Shown here: positions 27,948 to 37,739 of the stretch, piece by piece | How the letters are laid out: the number at the start of each line of letters is the position of its first letter | Numbering within the stretch: the first letter of the stretch is position 1 | NCBI GenBank assembly: GCA_964392705.1 | Contig: CAYMQZ010000001.1 | Coordinates: 8,155 to 72,154 of the forward strand | Direction: 5' to 3' | Origin: an uncultured Gemmatimonadota bacterium | GTDB taxonomy: Bacteria; Gemmatimonadota; Gemmatimonadetes; Palauibacterales; Palauibacteraceae | DNA length: 64,000 nucleotides | Made by a program: the position numbers and the translations under genes | Notes under the pieces: model-generated | Database searches by the model: none | The model's input: only the letters and a program-made list of their open reading frames with translations | Told to the model about the DNA's origin: nothing

Positions 27948-29144
27948 GTGAAGCGCTCGGTCCGCGACCTCTCGGCCGCCGAGCTGTCGGGCCGGCGAGC
28001 TTTCGTGCGCGTCGACTACAACGTGCCGCTCGAAGGGGAGCGGGTCGCCGACTCCACGCGCCTCGAGGCGAGCGAGCCCACGCTGCGCTTCCTGCTGGAG
28101 CGCGGCGTGCGACCCGTGCTCGCCTCGCATCTGGGCCGTCCGGGCGGCGAGCCGGATCCCCGCTTCTCGCTGGCGCCGGTGGCCGACGAGCTGGAGCGGC
28201 GGCTCGGGCTGCGCGTGCACTTCGTCGGGCCGGCCGATTCGCTGGAAGCCCTGGAAGCGAGCCGCTCGCTGGGGGGCGACGCGGCGCTGCTGCTCGAGAA
28301 CACCCGCTTCCTGCCCGGCGAGACGGCGAACGACGACGGGCTGGCCCGCCGGCTGTCCGAGCTGGGCGACTTCTTCGTGAGCGATGCGTTCGGCAGCCTG
28401 CACCGGGCTCACGCCTCCACGGTCGGGGTCGCCCGCCACCTCCGTCCGGCCGTGGCCGGGCTGCTCGTGCTGCGAGAGCTGGAGGCGCTGGGACGCCTGC
28501 GGGACGATCCGGAGCGGCCGTTCGTGATCGCGCTGGGCGGCGCGAAGATCGCGGACAAGATCGACCTGCTCGAAGCCTTCGCCGAGCGCGCCGACACGAT
28601 GCTGGTGGGAGGCGCGATGGCGAACACGTTCCTGGCGGCCGGGGGCGTGGAGATGGGGCGCTCGCTGGTCGAGGCGGAGGCCCTGGAGGCGGCGCGCCGC
28701 CTGGAGCGGCGGTTCGGCGATAAGCTGCGGGTGCCCTCGGACCTGGTCGTCACGTCCGACCCGGAGGCCGAGCGGCCGGAGGGGCGGACGGTCGCCGTCC
28801 GCGAGGTGGGCTCGCGAGAGGCGGCCGTGGACATCGGCGAGGACACCCGGGCGGCCTTCGCGCAGGCCGTGCGCGGAGCGCGGACCTTCTTCTGGAACGG
28901 GCCCATGGGCTTGTTCGAGCGGGAGCCTTTCGACGCCGGGACCGCCTCCCTGGCGCAGGCCGCCGCGGGCGCCACGGAGAGCGGGGCGTTCACCGTGGTC
29001 GGCGGAGGGGACTCGGCGAGCGCGGTGCGGCGCGCGGGCGTGGCGGAACGGGTGTCGCACGTGTCCACCGGAGGCGGCGCCGCGCTCGAATTCCTCGCCG
29101 GGAAGACGCTGCCGGGCCTCGAGGCGCTGGACGATGCGGCGTAG
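27948..29144 (+). CDS. pgk: Phosphoglycerate kinase
   Basis: RVDYNVPL, ASHLGRP and GGGDSASAV motifs. Confidence 0.95.
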   Translation: MKRSVRDLSAAELSGRRAFVRVDYNVPLEGERVADSTRLEASEPTLRFLLERGVRPVLASHLGRPGGEPDPRFSLAPVADELERRLGLRVHFVGPADSLEALEASRSLGGDAALLLENTRFLPGETANDDGLARRLSELGDFFVSDAFGSLHRAHASTVGVARHLRPAVAGLLVLRELEALGRLRDDPERPFVIALGGAKIADKIDLLEAFAERADTMLVGGAMANTFLAAGGVEMGRSLVEAEALEAARRLERRFGDKLRVPSDLVVTSDPEAERPEGRTVAVREVGSREAAVDIGEDTRAAFAQAVRGARTFFWNGPMGLFEREPFDAGTASLAQAAAGATESGAFTVVGGGDSASAVRRAGVAERVSHVSTGGGAALEFLAGKTLPGLEALDDAA

Positions 29145-29249
29145 CGCCTCTGGCCGCTGCGGACGCGCTCCGTGGTCGCCGGCGGCCCCGGAGCGGGTTC
29201 GCCCGCCACCGCCCGCCGCGCCGCGCGAGACGACGGGGAAGGAGGTGCG

Positions 29250-30014
<765 letters not shown>

Positions 30015-30146
30015 CGGACTCCGGGGCACCGGGCCCCCGGGCTCGGCGTTCGCTCGTTGCCCCGGGCGGGCGGGTTCGGTAAGTTTTTCCACCGGTCCGG
30101 GGCCCGGCGGGAGTGTCCTCGGCGAACCCGAACAGCACACGAGGCG

Positions 30147-30569
30147 ATGTTCACTCTACTCGTAGTCCTGACCAGCGTGCTGGCCGTGCTCCTGTGTGTC
30201 ATCATCCTGCTCCAGTCGGGCAAGGGAGGCGGCCTCGCAGCCACGTTCGGCGGGGCCTCCTCGTCCACGGAGTCCTTCATGGGGGGACGCCAGGCGGCCA
30301 CGGTGCTCACGAAGCTCACCTGGGCCGGCGGGGGGATCTTCCTGTTCCTGTCGCTCGTCCTGGCCATTCTTTCGGCCAGCGGCTCCGAGACGCCGGGATC
30401 GATCCTGCGCGAGGGATTGGGGCCGACCCAGCAGGTGCCCGCGCAGCCGAGCTCGATCCTGGAGACCGAGACGACGGGCGGCGCGCAGGATGAGGGTGGA
30501 GGCTCCGGGGGCGGTCCGGCCTCGGAGACCGGATCCGGCGGCGAGGGGGGCGAAGGCGCGGGATCTTGA
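30147..30569 (+). CDS. secG: Preprotein translocase subunit SecG
   Basis: LLQSGKGGGLAATFGG motif and two TM helices. Conserved position after tpiA. Confidence 0.85.
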   Translation: MFTLLVVLTSVLAVLLCVIILLQSGKGGGLAATFGGASSSTESFMGGRQAATVLTKLTWAGGGIFLFLSLVLAILSASGSETPGSILREGLGPTQQVPAQPSSILETETTGGAQDEGGGSGGGPASETGSGGEGGEGAGS

Positions 30570-30605
30570 TCGAGGCCCCGATCCACGGGGAACGGGGCAT
30601 CCGGC

Positions 30606-31214
30606 TCAACCGGCCTCGGGGTCGGGAGGTGGCGGGTCGGGGCGGAACGGGTCGTCGGGAGGAAGATCCAGGAAGTCCGTGAAGCGGCCGGCGTCGATCC
30701 GGGCCTGGACCCACGCTTCGAATCCCGACTCCAGGAGCCCGTTCGAGCGCTTGCGCTCGCGGGCCGCCGTCACGGCGAGGTGGTTCGCGTACTCGTTCTT
30801 CGGATGAGCCGCGTGCCCGCGCACCCATCGCCATTCCACCTCGTGGCGGCGCGCGGTCGCCGCCAACCGCTTCCAGAGCGCGAGGTTCTCGATCCGTCCC
30901 CGCTTTCGCCGCCAGCCGCGGCGCGCCCATCCGTGGATCCACTCCTTCATCCCCTTCACCAGGTATTCGCTGTCGCTGGTGAACACCACGCGGCACGGCC
31001 GCCGCAGGGCGCCGAGCCCGAGAATCCCCGAGACGATCGCCATGCGGTTGTTCGTGGTGTCGGCTTCGAACCGATAGTAGTCCTTCCGGTACCAGCCACG
31101 TCGCTCCTCGAAGCGCTCCAGCATGCCCGCCGCGGCGCCGGGGTTCGCCCGGTCGCCGAACTGGTTGCCCAGACAGGATTCGTCGGCGAAGATGTAGATC
31201 GGTGTGTCGGCCAC
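30606..31214 (-). CDS. rnhA: Ribonuclease HI with about 50-aa C-terminal extension
   Basis: IYIFADESCLGN...GWYRKDYYRFEADTTNNRMA...TSDSEYLV...HAAHPKNEYANHLA. Start is GTG at 31214, or TTG at 31250. Divergent from carA. Confidence 0.82.
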   Translation of the reverse strand: MADTPIYIFADESCLGNQFGDRANPGAAAGMLERFEERRGWYRKDYYRFEADTTNNRMAIVSGILGLGALRRPCRVVFTSDSEYLVKGMKEWIHGWARRGWRRKRGRIENLALWKRLAATARRHEVEWRWVRGHAAHPKNEYANHLAVTAARERKRSNGLLESGFEAWVQARIDAGRFTDFLDLPPDDPFRPDPPPPDPEAG

Positions 31215-31258
31215 GGCTCTCCGTCCCTGCGGGTTCGACCCCCTATTCAAGGAGCAGG

Positions 31259-32377
31259 ATGAGCCTCACGCAAGAACGCGACGGCTACCTGCTCCTCGAG
31301 GACGGCCGCCGCTTCGACGGATCCTATCTCGGCCCGGCGGACGGCGCTCGGGGGGAGGCCGTGTTCACCACCGTCCACGCCGGATACGAGGAGACCCTCA
31401 CGGATCCGTCCTTCGCCGGCCAGATCGTCGTGATGACCGCGCCGGAGATGGGCGTGTACGGGACGCGCTCGGGGGACGCCCAGTCCCGGCGACCCTGGGT
31501 GGCCGGCTTCGTGGTGCGGCACCTCTCGCGCTTCACGGGAGCCGGGCCGGCGGAGGGCACGCTCCCGGCGTACCTCGAGGGCCACGGGATCCCGACCCTG
31601 GCCGGCGCGGACACGCGGGCGATCACCCGACACATCCGCGAAGCGGGCGCCATGCGGGCGGCCCTCGTCCCGGCCGGAGTCGACGAAGAGGAGGCCCGGC
31701 GTCGCCTGCTGGAGGAGCCGGGCATGGAGGGCCGGGACCTGGCGAGCCGCGTCACGGCCCCGGAGCCGCGCGAGCTCGCGCCGGAGGGCGAGGCGCGGGG
31801 ACTCGTGGTCTGTCTCGACTACGGGGTGAAGGCCCGCAGCCTGGAGCTGCTGCGGGCGGAGGGGTTCGGGGTGCGCGTGGTTCCCGCCCGAGCGCCGGTG
31901 GCGCGGCTGCTGGAGGCCGGCGCGCGCGGCGTCTTCGTCTCGAACGGGCCGGGCGATCCGGAGGCGGTGCCCGGCGCGGTCGAGCGGATCCGCGCCCTCA
32001 GCGACGCGGGCCTTCCGGTCTTCGGGATCTGCCTGGGACACCAGCTCGTCGCGCGGGCGTTCGGGGGGCGCAACTTCAAGCTTCCCTACGGGCACCGCGG
32101 CGGGAACCATCCCGTGAAGAACCTGGAGACCGGCGCGGTCGAGATCACCTCGCAGAACCACGGGTTCGCCGTGGTCGAGGAAGGGGGAGAGGTGGCCGGG
32201 GCTCCCAAGCTGCGGATCACGCATCGAAACCTGAACGACGGGACGATCGAGGGCCTCGCGCACCGGGAGAGGGCCGTGTTCGCCGTGCAATACCATCCCG
32301 AGTCCGCGCCTGGTCCCCACGACAGTCGCTACCTGTTCCGCCGTTTCGTCGACGCGATGATGGAGGCGGAACTGTAG
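31259..32377 (+). CDS. carA: Carbamoyl-phosphate synthase small (glutaminase) subunit
   Basis: Class-I glutamine amidotransferase triad region GICLGHQL and the N-terminal CPSase small-chain domain. Confidence 0.92.
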   Translation: MSLTQERDGYLLLEDGRRFDGSYLGPADGARGEAVFTTVHAGYEETLTDPSFAGQIVVMTAPEMGVYGTRSGDAQSRRPWVAGFVVRHLSRFTGAGPAEGTLPAYLEGHGIPTLAGADTRAITRHIREAGAMRAALVPAGVDEEEARRRLLEEPGMEGRDLASRVTAPEPRELAPEGEARGLVVCLDYGVKARSLELLRAEGFGVRVVPARAPVARLLEAGARGVFVSNGPGDPEAVPGAVERIRALSDAGLPVFGICLGHQLVARAFGGRNFKLPYGHRGGNHPVKNLETGAVEITSQNHGFAVVEEGGEVAGAPKLRITHRNLNDGTIEGLAHRERAVFAVQYHPESAPGPHDSRYLFRRFVDAMMEAEL

Positions 32378-32533
32378 GTATCCCAACGGATTGACACCCC
32401 TCCGTGGATGAGGTTACGTTAACACGGCTCCGTATCCGACGTCCGATCGGCCCTGCCGGCACCCGACGGCGCAGGTCCGCACGGGCATCACACGATACCG
32501 ACTCGCCGCCGTCCCTGGGACCGGATCGATCTC

Positions 32534-33439
32534 GTGTCTGACAATCGGCGCTCCACGTTGCTGGCCATAGGGCTCCTCCTCCTCTTCTTCGGGGTCGGTG
32601 CCTACCTTTCGGCGCGGCTGCTGGGAGGCGCCGGGGTGCCCCTGCTCGAAGGCCGGCGGGTCGCCATCCTCCCGCTGGAGGGGGCGATCCTGAGCGATCG
32701 GGCGTTCCTGGAGAACCTGGACCGGTATCGCGGGCAGGGGGGCGTGGCGGCCTTCGTGCTCGAGATCCGTTCCCCCGGCGGCACGGTCGGCGCCTCGCAG
32801 GCGATCTACCGGACGGTGAGACGCCTGCGGGAGGAGGAGGACCGTCCGGTGGTGGCGTGGATCGGCGACGTGGGCGCCTCGGGCGGCTACTACGTGGCGC
32901 TCGCGGCGGACAGCATCTACGCGCTCCCGGGGTCCCTGACGGGCTCGATCGGCGTGATCATGGAGTTCCCCCACGCCCAGGAGCTGTTGCGGAAGGTGGG
33001 GGTGGGCGTGGAGGTGGTGAAGAGCGGCGAGCACAAGGACCTCGGTTCGCCGCTTCGCCCGCTCTCCCCGGAGGATCGAGCCGTGCTGGAGGAGCTGGTC
33101 GGGGACGTCTACGGTCAGTTCGTGGACGCCGTCGCGCAGAACCGTCCGCTGCCGCGAGACAGCGTGGTGAGGCTGGCCGACGGCCGCGTCTTCTCGGGCG
33201 AGCAGGCCGTGGAGCTGGGTCTGGTCGACCGGATCGGGTCCCTGGAGGAGGCCATCGACGCGGCCGGCCGGATGGCCGGGCTGGGGGAGCGCCCGCCCAC
33301 CGTGCGGCCGGGCGAGCGGAAGGGTCCGACCCTGCTGGACCTCTTGACGGGCATCTCCGGACGCGACCTGAGAGGTGTGATCGAGACGGTGCGGGGCGTC
33401 GCGGGCTCGACGCCCCGCCTCCTGTACGAGTGGCGTTGA
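32534..33439 (+). CDS. sppA: Signal peptide peptidase SppA (S49, 36K type)
   Basis: N-terminal TM helix, GDVGASGGYYVA and SLTGSIGV serine-lysine dyad region. Confidence 0.85.
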   Translation: MSDNRRSTLLAIGLLLLFFGVGAYLSARLLGGAGVPLLEGRRVAILPLEGAILSDRAFLENLDRYRGQGGVAAFVLEIRSPGGTVGASQAIYRTVRRLREEEDRPVVAWIGDVGASGGYYVALAADSIYALPGSLTGSIGVIMEFPHAQELLRKVGVGVEVVKSGEHKDLGSPLRPLSPEDRAVLEELVGDVYGQFVDAVAQNRPLPRDSVVRLADGRVFSGEQAVELGLVDRIGSLEEAIDAAGRMAGLGERPPTVRPGERKGPTLLDLLTGISGRDLRGVIETVRGVAGSTPRLLYEWR

Positions 33440-33518
33440 GCCGTCGATCGAGCCCGGGGGCGCTCGCCCCGGACTCGGCGACGCGTGCCGTGCCGTGGAC
33501 AGAGGAGGGAGCTGAGCG

Positions 33519-33815
33519 ATGACGAAAGCGGATCTGGTCGAGCAGGTGTACGAGGCCATCGGCCCCGGGATCACCAAGAAGGACTGCGCGGCGGTAGTCG
33601 ATGCGTTCCTGAACGCCGTCAAGCAGGCGATGGCCGCCGAGGAGCACATCGAGATTCGCGGGTTCGGCACGTTCAAGGTGAGGCACCGGAAGTCGCGCAT
33701 GGCGCGCAACCCGCGAACGGGCGAGCCCGTGCGCGTGCCCGCGCGAGCCGTGCCGGTCTTCAAGCCATCGCGACTGTTCAAGGAGGAGGTGGCCGAAGAG
33801 GCCGATTATCCCTGA
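33519..33815 (+). CDS. HU/IHF-family DNA-binding protein
   Basis: MTKADLVEQV...IEIRGFGTFKVRHRKSRMARNPRTGEPVRVPARAVPVFKPS, with arm and proline typical of the HU/IHF fold. Confidence 0.85.
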   Translation: MTKADLVEQVYEAIGPGITKKDCAAVVDAFLNAVKQAMAAEEHIEIRGFGTFKVRHRKSRMARNPRTGEPVRVPARAVPVFKPSRLFKEEVAEEADYP

Positions 33816-34984
33816 CGCGCCTCGAAGAAGTGCCGGATCCTCTCCATCCCCTCGCGGATCGTCCGTCCGTCGACCGCGAAATTGAAGCGGAGATGGCCGG
33901 GCGAGCCGAAGGGCTCTCCCGGAATCGAGGCGACGCCGGCTTCCAGAAGCAGCCGCTCGGCCACCTCCATGGACGCCTCGCCTCCGCGCAGCCGGGCGTA
34001 CAGGTAGATCGCGCCGGGCGGGGGTCGAACCTCCAGCGCCTCCAGGCTCGACAGGGCCTCCAGGCCGAGGCGGCGGGCCCCCCGCAGGCGCTCCAGCATC
34101 TCCCCGACGGCGCGCTCGCGGTCCTCGGCGTTCCCCAACGCGGCCGCGGCGGCGTGTTGCGAGGGCGTCGCCGCCCCGGACGTCGTCTGGCTCTGGAAGT
34201 CGGTCGCCACCCCGATCAGCTCTCGCGGACCCGCCGCGAACCCGATGCGCCAGCCCGTCATGCAGAACGCCTTCGACACGCCGTCGAGCAGCACCACGTG
34301 CTCGGGTCGATCGGCGACGTCCCAGACCGACGGGGCCGGGCCCTCGGCGGCGTAATGGAGGCGGCGGTAGATCTCGTCGGACAGCGCCCAGATCCCGTGC
34401 TCTCCGCACCACCCGAGGATCCGCTCCAGGCGCCGGAGTCCGTAGACCGCCCCGGTCGGGTTGGCCGGCGAGTTGAGCAGCAGGCCGCGGGTGCGATCCG
34501 TCCGGGCGGCCTCGAGGGCGCCGACGTCGAGCAGGAACTCGTCTTCCCAGCTCGCCGGGACCACCACGGGCCGGGCGCCCGCGAGCTCGACCAGGGCGGG
34601 GTAGGTGGGCCAGTACGGGGCGGGGACCAGCACCTCGTCTCCGGGTCCGAACAGGCAGAAGATGCAGTTCCACAGCGCCTGCTTCACGCCGGCGCTCACC
34701 AGGACGCTTCGCTCGTCGCCTCCCGGGTGTGCGGTCGTGTCGGCCAGGTAGCCCGCGATCGCGAGACGCAGCCTCGGAATGCCGGGGGTCGGCGGATATC
34801 CCGTGTGACCGGCCCGGATGGCCTCGATGCCCGCCTCGGCCGCGTACGCGGGGGTTCCGAACTCCGGCTCTCCGGCCGAGAGGTCGACCACGGAGCGCCC
34901 CTCGGCCCGGAGCTCCCGAGCCCGGGCGGCGAGGGCCAGCGTGGCCGAGGGCGAGAGGGAGTCGACGTTGCTGGAGAAGCGCAC
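33806..34984 (-). CDS. Class I/II pyridoxal-phosphate aminotransferase (aspartate/aromatic aminotransferase-like)
   Basis: SKAFCMTGWRIGF PLP-lysine region and NSPANPTG. Convergent with the HU gene, overlapping by about 10 nt. Confidence 0.85.
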   Translation of the reverse strand: MRFSSNVDSLSPSATLALAARARELRAEGRSVVDLSAGEPEFGTPAYAAEAGIEAIRAGHTGYPPTPGIPRLRLAIAGYLADTTAHPGGDERSVLVSAGVKQALWNCIFCLFGPGDEVLVPAPYWPTYPALVELAGARPVVVPASWEDEFLLDVGALEAARTDRTRGLLLNSPANPTGAVYGLRRLERILGWCGEHGIWALSDEIYRRLHYAAEGPAPSVWDVADRPEHVVLLDGVSKAFCMTGWRIGFAAGPRELIGVATDFQSQTTSGAATPSQHAAAAALGNAEDRERAVGEMLERLRGARRLGLEALSSLEALEVRPPPGAIYLYARLRGGEASMEVAERLLLEAGVASIPGEPFGSPGHLRFNFAVDGRTIREGMERIRHFFEARQG

Positions 34985-35167
34985 GGTAACGCCGCTGCTA
35001 ATTGAAGGACGGGAAAGCCGCCGCTATCTTGGGATCGAGGGAGGAGACGGACGGTCCGTCCCTCTTCCCGTGGCGTGATATAGGCGCGCTGCGCCGCGGC
35101 CGTCAAGAGAGGGTGCGAAAGCCGGCGGCGGGTCGTCGCGGGCCGAGGCAGCGAGGAAGGGGATCGG

Positions 35168-35494
35168 ATGAGGGTCGAGGTCGCGAGCGAGCTGTCACCC
35201 GAGGAGGTGCTGCAGGCGACGCGGGCGTTCTTCATGGGCCCGGATGCCTACGAGAGCGCCTGGCTCGAGACGGAGAGCGATGCGCACCTGAGCTTCGGCA
35301 CCTTCCGCGGCAACCTCGCGGTGGCCGCGTTCCCGGACCCCGAGGAGGAGGCGCCCACCCGCATCCGCATCTCGACGCTTCGCGAGGAGGGCATCGTCCC
35401 GCGGCTGCTCACCTACCTGCGGACGCTGCGGCCGGAAGCGGCCGCCTCGGGACCGACCGGGTCCGTCGCGCGCGGGGAGGGCGAGGGCGTCTGA
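35168..35494 (+). CDS. Hypothetical protein (108 aa)
   Basis: Clean ORF upstream of moaD. Acidic; no domain recognised. Confidence 0.4.
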   Translation: MRVEVASELSPEEVLQATRAFFMGPDAYESAWLETESDAHLSFGTFRGNLAVAAFPDPEEEAPTRIRISTLREEGIVPRLLTYLRTLRPEAAASGPTGSVARGEGEGV

Positions 35495-35520
35495 ACGAAC
35501 CAGAAGCGGGAGCGGGACGG

Positions 35521-35847
35521 ATGAGCGAGGATCTCGGGGCGGCGGAGGCGGCCCGACCGCCGGCCGGGCGAGCCCCTCCGACGGCGGATCGCGAACCGCT
35601 GTCCGTCCGGGTGCGCCTCTTCGGGATCTTCCGCGAGCTGGCGGGGGAAGGCGAGCGAGAGGCGTCGCTGCCGGCGGGGGCCACCGCCGCCGACCTGGTG
35701 GCCGCGCTGCGCGGCTCCGGCGGGCTGGACTTCCTCCCGGAGCGCCCCGCGGTGGCCGTGAACCGGGAGTACGTCGGCCTGGAGCGGCCTCTCTCCGCGG
35801 GGGACGAGGTGGCGCTCATCCCCCCGGTCTCGGGAGGTCGGGGGTGA
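35521..35847 (+). CDS. moaD: Molybdopterin synthase sulfur-carrier subunit MoaD
   Basis: VRLFGIFRELAG...AVAVNREYV...GDEVALIPPVSGG, a ubiquitin-like carrier ending in the Gly-Gly region. Overlaps the moaE start (GTGA). Confidence 0.8.
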   Translation: MSEDLGAAEAARPPAGRAPPTADREPLSVRVRLFGIFRELAGEGEREASLPAGATAADLVAALRGSGGLDFLPERPAVAVNREYVGLERPLSAGDEVALIPPVSGGRG

Positions 35848-36443
35848 GCGGAGATCGCGCGGGCCCGATCGCCCCCGGTTCGCCCACCGGGGAGCGGCGC
35901 CGGGAGTTCGACGGCGAGCGCGCCCGGGAGCCCGACCTTCGGACCTGGATCTCGTCCGAGCCGCTCGATCCGGGAGGGCTGCTGAAACGGTTGGGCGACC
36001 GCCGGGACGGCGGGCTCGCGCTCTTCGTGGGCCGGGTTCGCGAGTGGAACCGGGGCCGCCGCGTCGAGCGACTGGTGTACGAGGCCTATCGCGAGATGGC
36101 GGAGGAGGAGCTGGCCCGGATCGCGGCCGAGGTGGCCGCCCGGTCGGACGTGGGGGCGATCTCGGCCGTCCACCGGGTCGGGGAGCTCGCCCCGGGCGAG
36201 CCGAGCGTCGCGGTGGCCGTGGCCGCGCCCCACCGGGCGGCCGCCTTCGAGGCCTCCCGGGCCGTGATCGAGGAGATCAAGACCCGCCTGCCGGTGTGGA
36301 AGCGCGAGGTGTACGCGGACGGCACGGATCGGTGGCTGGGCGCCCCGGACCTTCCCGGCCCGGCCCCCGCGGGCGAGGAGGCGTCCCCGTCGTCGACGGG
36401 CGAGAGGTCGCGGGCCGCGGGGACGTCGGCGAGGCGCACGTGA
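35844..36443 (+). CDS. moaE: Molybdopterin synthase catalytic subunit MoaE
   Basis: AISAVHRVGELAPGEPSVAVAVAAPHRAAAFEASRAVIEEIKTRLPVWKRE. Confidence 0.85.
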   Translation: MSGDRAGPIAPGSPTGERRREFDGERAREPDLRTWISSEPLDPGGLLKRLGDRRDGGLALFVGRVREWNRGRRVERLVYEAYREMAEEELARIAAEVAARSDVGAISAVHRVGELAPGEPSVAVAVAAPHRAAAFEASRAVIEEIKTRLPVWKREVYADGTDRWLGAPDLPGPAPAGEEASPSSTGERSRAAGTSARRT

Positions 36444-36457
36444 GCGGAGGGGAGGGC

Positions 36458-37438
36458 ATGCGCGACCAGTTCGGCCGTCGGATCCGCTACCTGCGCATCT
36501 CGGTCACGGACAAGTGCAACCTCCGCTGCACCTATTGCATGCCGGTCGAGGGGCTCGAGTGGATCCCGAAGCCGGAGCTCCTGAGCTACGAGGAGATCGG
36601 GGAGATCGTGAGCCAGATGGCCGCGATGGGGCTCGAGAGGCTGCGGATCACGGGTGGCGAGCCCCTGGTGCGGCGCGACCTGCCCGTGCTGGTCGAGCGG
36701 CTGGCCGCGGTCCCCGGCATCCAGGACATCGCGCTCTCGACGAACGCGATCCTGCTGCCGCGCTTCGCGGAGCGGCTGCGGGCCGCGGGCGTGCGGCGGG
36801 TCAACATCAGCCTGGACACGCTGCGGCGGGATCGATTCGAGACGATCGCCCGGCGACCCGCCCGGTTCTACGACCAGACGCTCGAGGGGATCGAGGCCGC
36901 GGAGGCGGCGGGGTTCGACCCGATCAAGATCAACACGGTGGTGCTGCGGGACCTGAACGACGACGAGGTTCCGGATTTCGCCGAGATCACGCGCGAGCGA
37001 CCGTGGCACGTGCGCTTCATCGAGCTGATGCCGGTGGGGGAGAACCTCCACCTCACCGACCGCTTCGTCTCGATGGACGAAGTGCTCGAGAGCATTGGAG
37101 ATGTCGGAGGGCTGGAGCCCACCGAGGGACCGATCGGGAACGGGCCGGCACGGTACTTCCGTTTTCCGGACGGAAAGGGCACGATCGGCGTCATCACGCC
37201 GCTCTCCCACAACTACTGCGACCGCTGCAACCGGATGCGGCTCACCGCGGACGGACGGCTCCGGACGTGCCTGTTCGGCGACCACGAGGTGGACCTGAAG
37301 GGACCCCTCCGCGAGACCGGTCGCGTGGAGGGCGCTGTGGAGCGGGCGTTGGCCGGAAAGCCGAAGAGACATTATCTGCAACTGGGGACCGCCGCCGGGA
37401 GCGGCGGTCTGGCCGCGCTCAGCCAGGTCGGCGGCTGA
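36458..37438 (+). CDS. moaA: GTP 3',8-cyclase MoaA (radical SAM)
   Basis: CNLRCTYC radical-SAM cluster and C-terminal CDRCNRMRLTADGRLRTCLF. ATG at 36458 preceded by GGAGGGGAGGG. Confidence 0.92.
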   Translation: MRDQFGRRIRYLRISVTDKCNLRCTYCMPVEGLEWIPKPELLSYEEIGEIVSQMAAMGLERLRITGGEPLVRRDLPVLVERLAAVPGIQDIALSTNAILLPRFAERLRAAGVRRVNISLDTLRRDRFETIARRPARFYDQTLEGIEAAEAAGFDPIKINTVVLRDLNDDEVPDFAEITRERPWHVRFIELMPVGENLHLTDRFVSMDEVLESIGDVGGLEPTEGPIGNGPARYFRFPDGKGTIGVITPLSHNYCDRCNRMRLTADGRLRTCLFGDHEVDLKGPLRETGRVEGAVERALAGKPKRHYLQLGTAAGSGGLAALSQVGG

Positions 37439-37478
37439 GCGCCGGGACGGGGACGACGCCGGGGGAAGGAATCGACGG

Positions 37479-37715
37479 GTGACCTATGAAGAGAGGCTGA
37501 GGTACCGGGAGCTCATCGAGCGCACCGCCGGCCTGCGCGAGCGCCTGGAGGAGGGCGATGCATCGGCGCCGGTGACGCGGGAGGAGGGGCGGGAGCTGGC
37601 CGCCCTGGTCCAGGAGGCCCTCCTCAAGCTGAGCCCGGAGCGGTTCGATCGGATGATGGAGACGATCGTCCAGGAGGCCGCCCGCCGGGCGGGAACCGTC
37701 GCGTCGATGAAGTGA
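37479..37715 (+). CDS. Hypothetical small helical protein (78 aa)
   Basis: GTG start with GGGGGAAGGA upstream. Charged and helical. It is in the same frame as mdh, separated by a single TGA. Confidence 0.4.
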   Translation: MTYEERLRYRELIERTAGLRERLEEGDASAPVTREEGRELAALVQEALLKLSPERFDRMMETIVQEAARRAGTVASMK

Positions 37716-37739
37716 CGCCGTGAACGACGGGGAAGACCC

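Noticed and set aside
33440-33518. GC-rich imperfect inverted repeat (cccgggggcgctcgccccgg) after sppA as a terminator
   Set aside because: The stem has a mismatch and there is no U-tract. Such GC-rich near-palindromes occur by chance at this GC content. Not reported as a feature.
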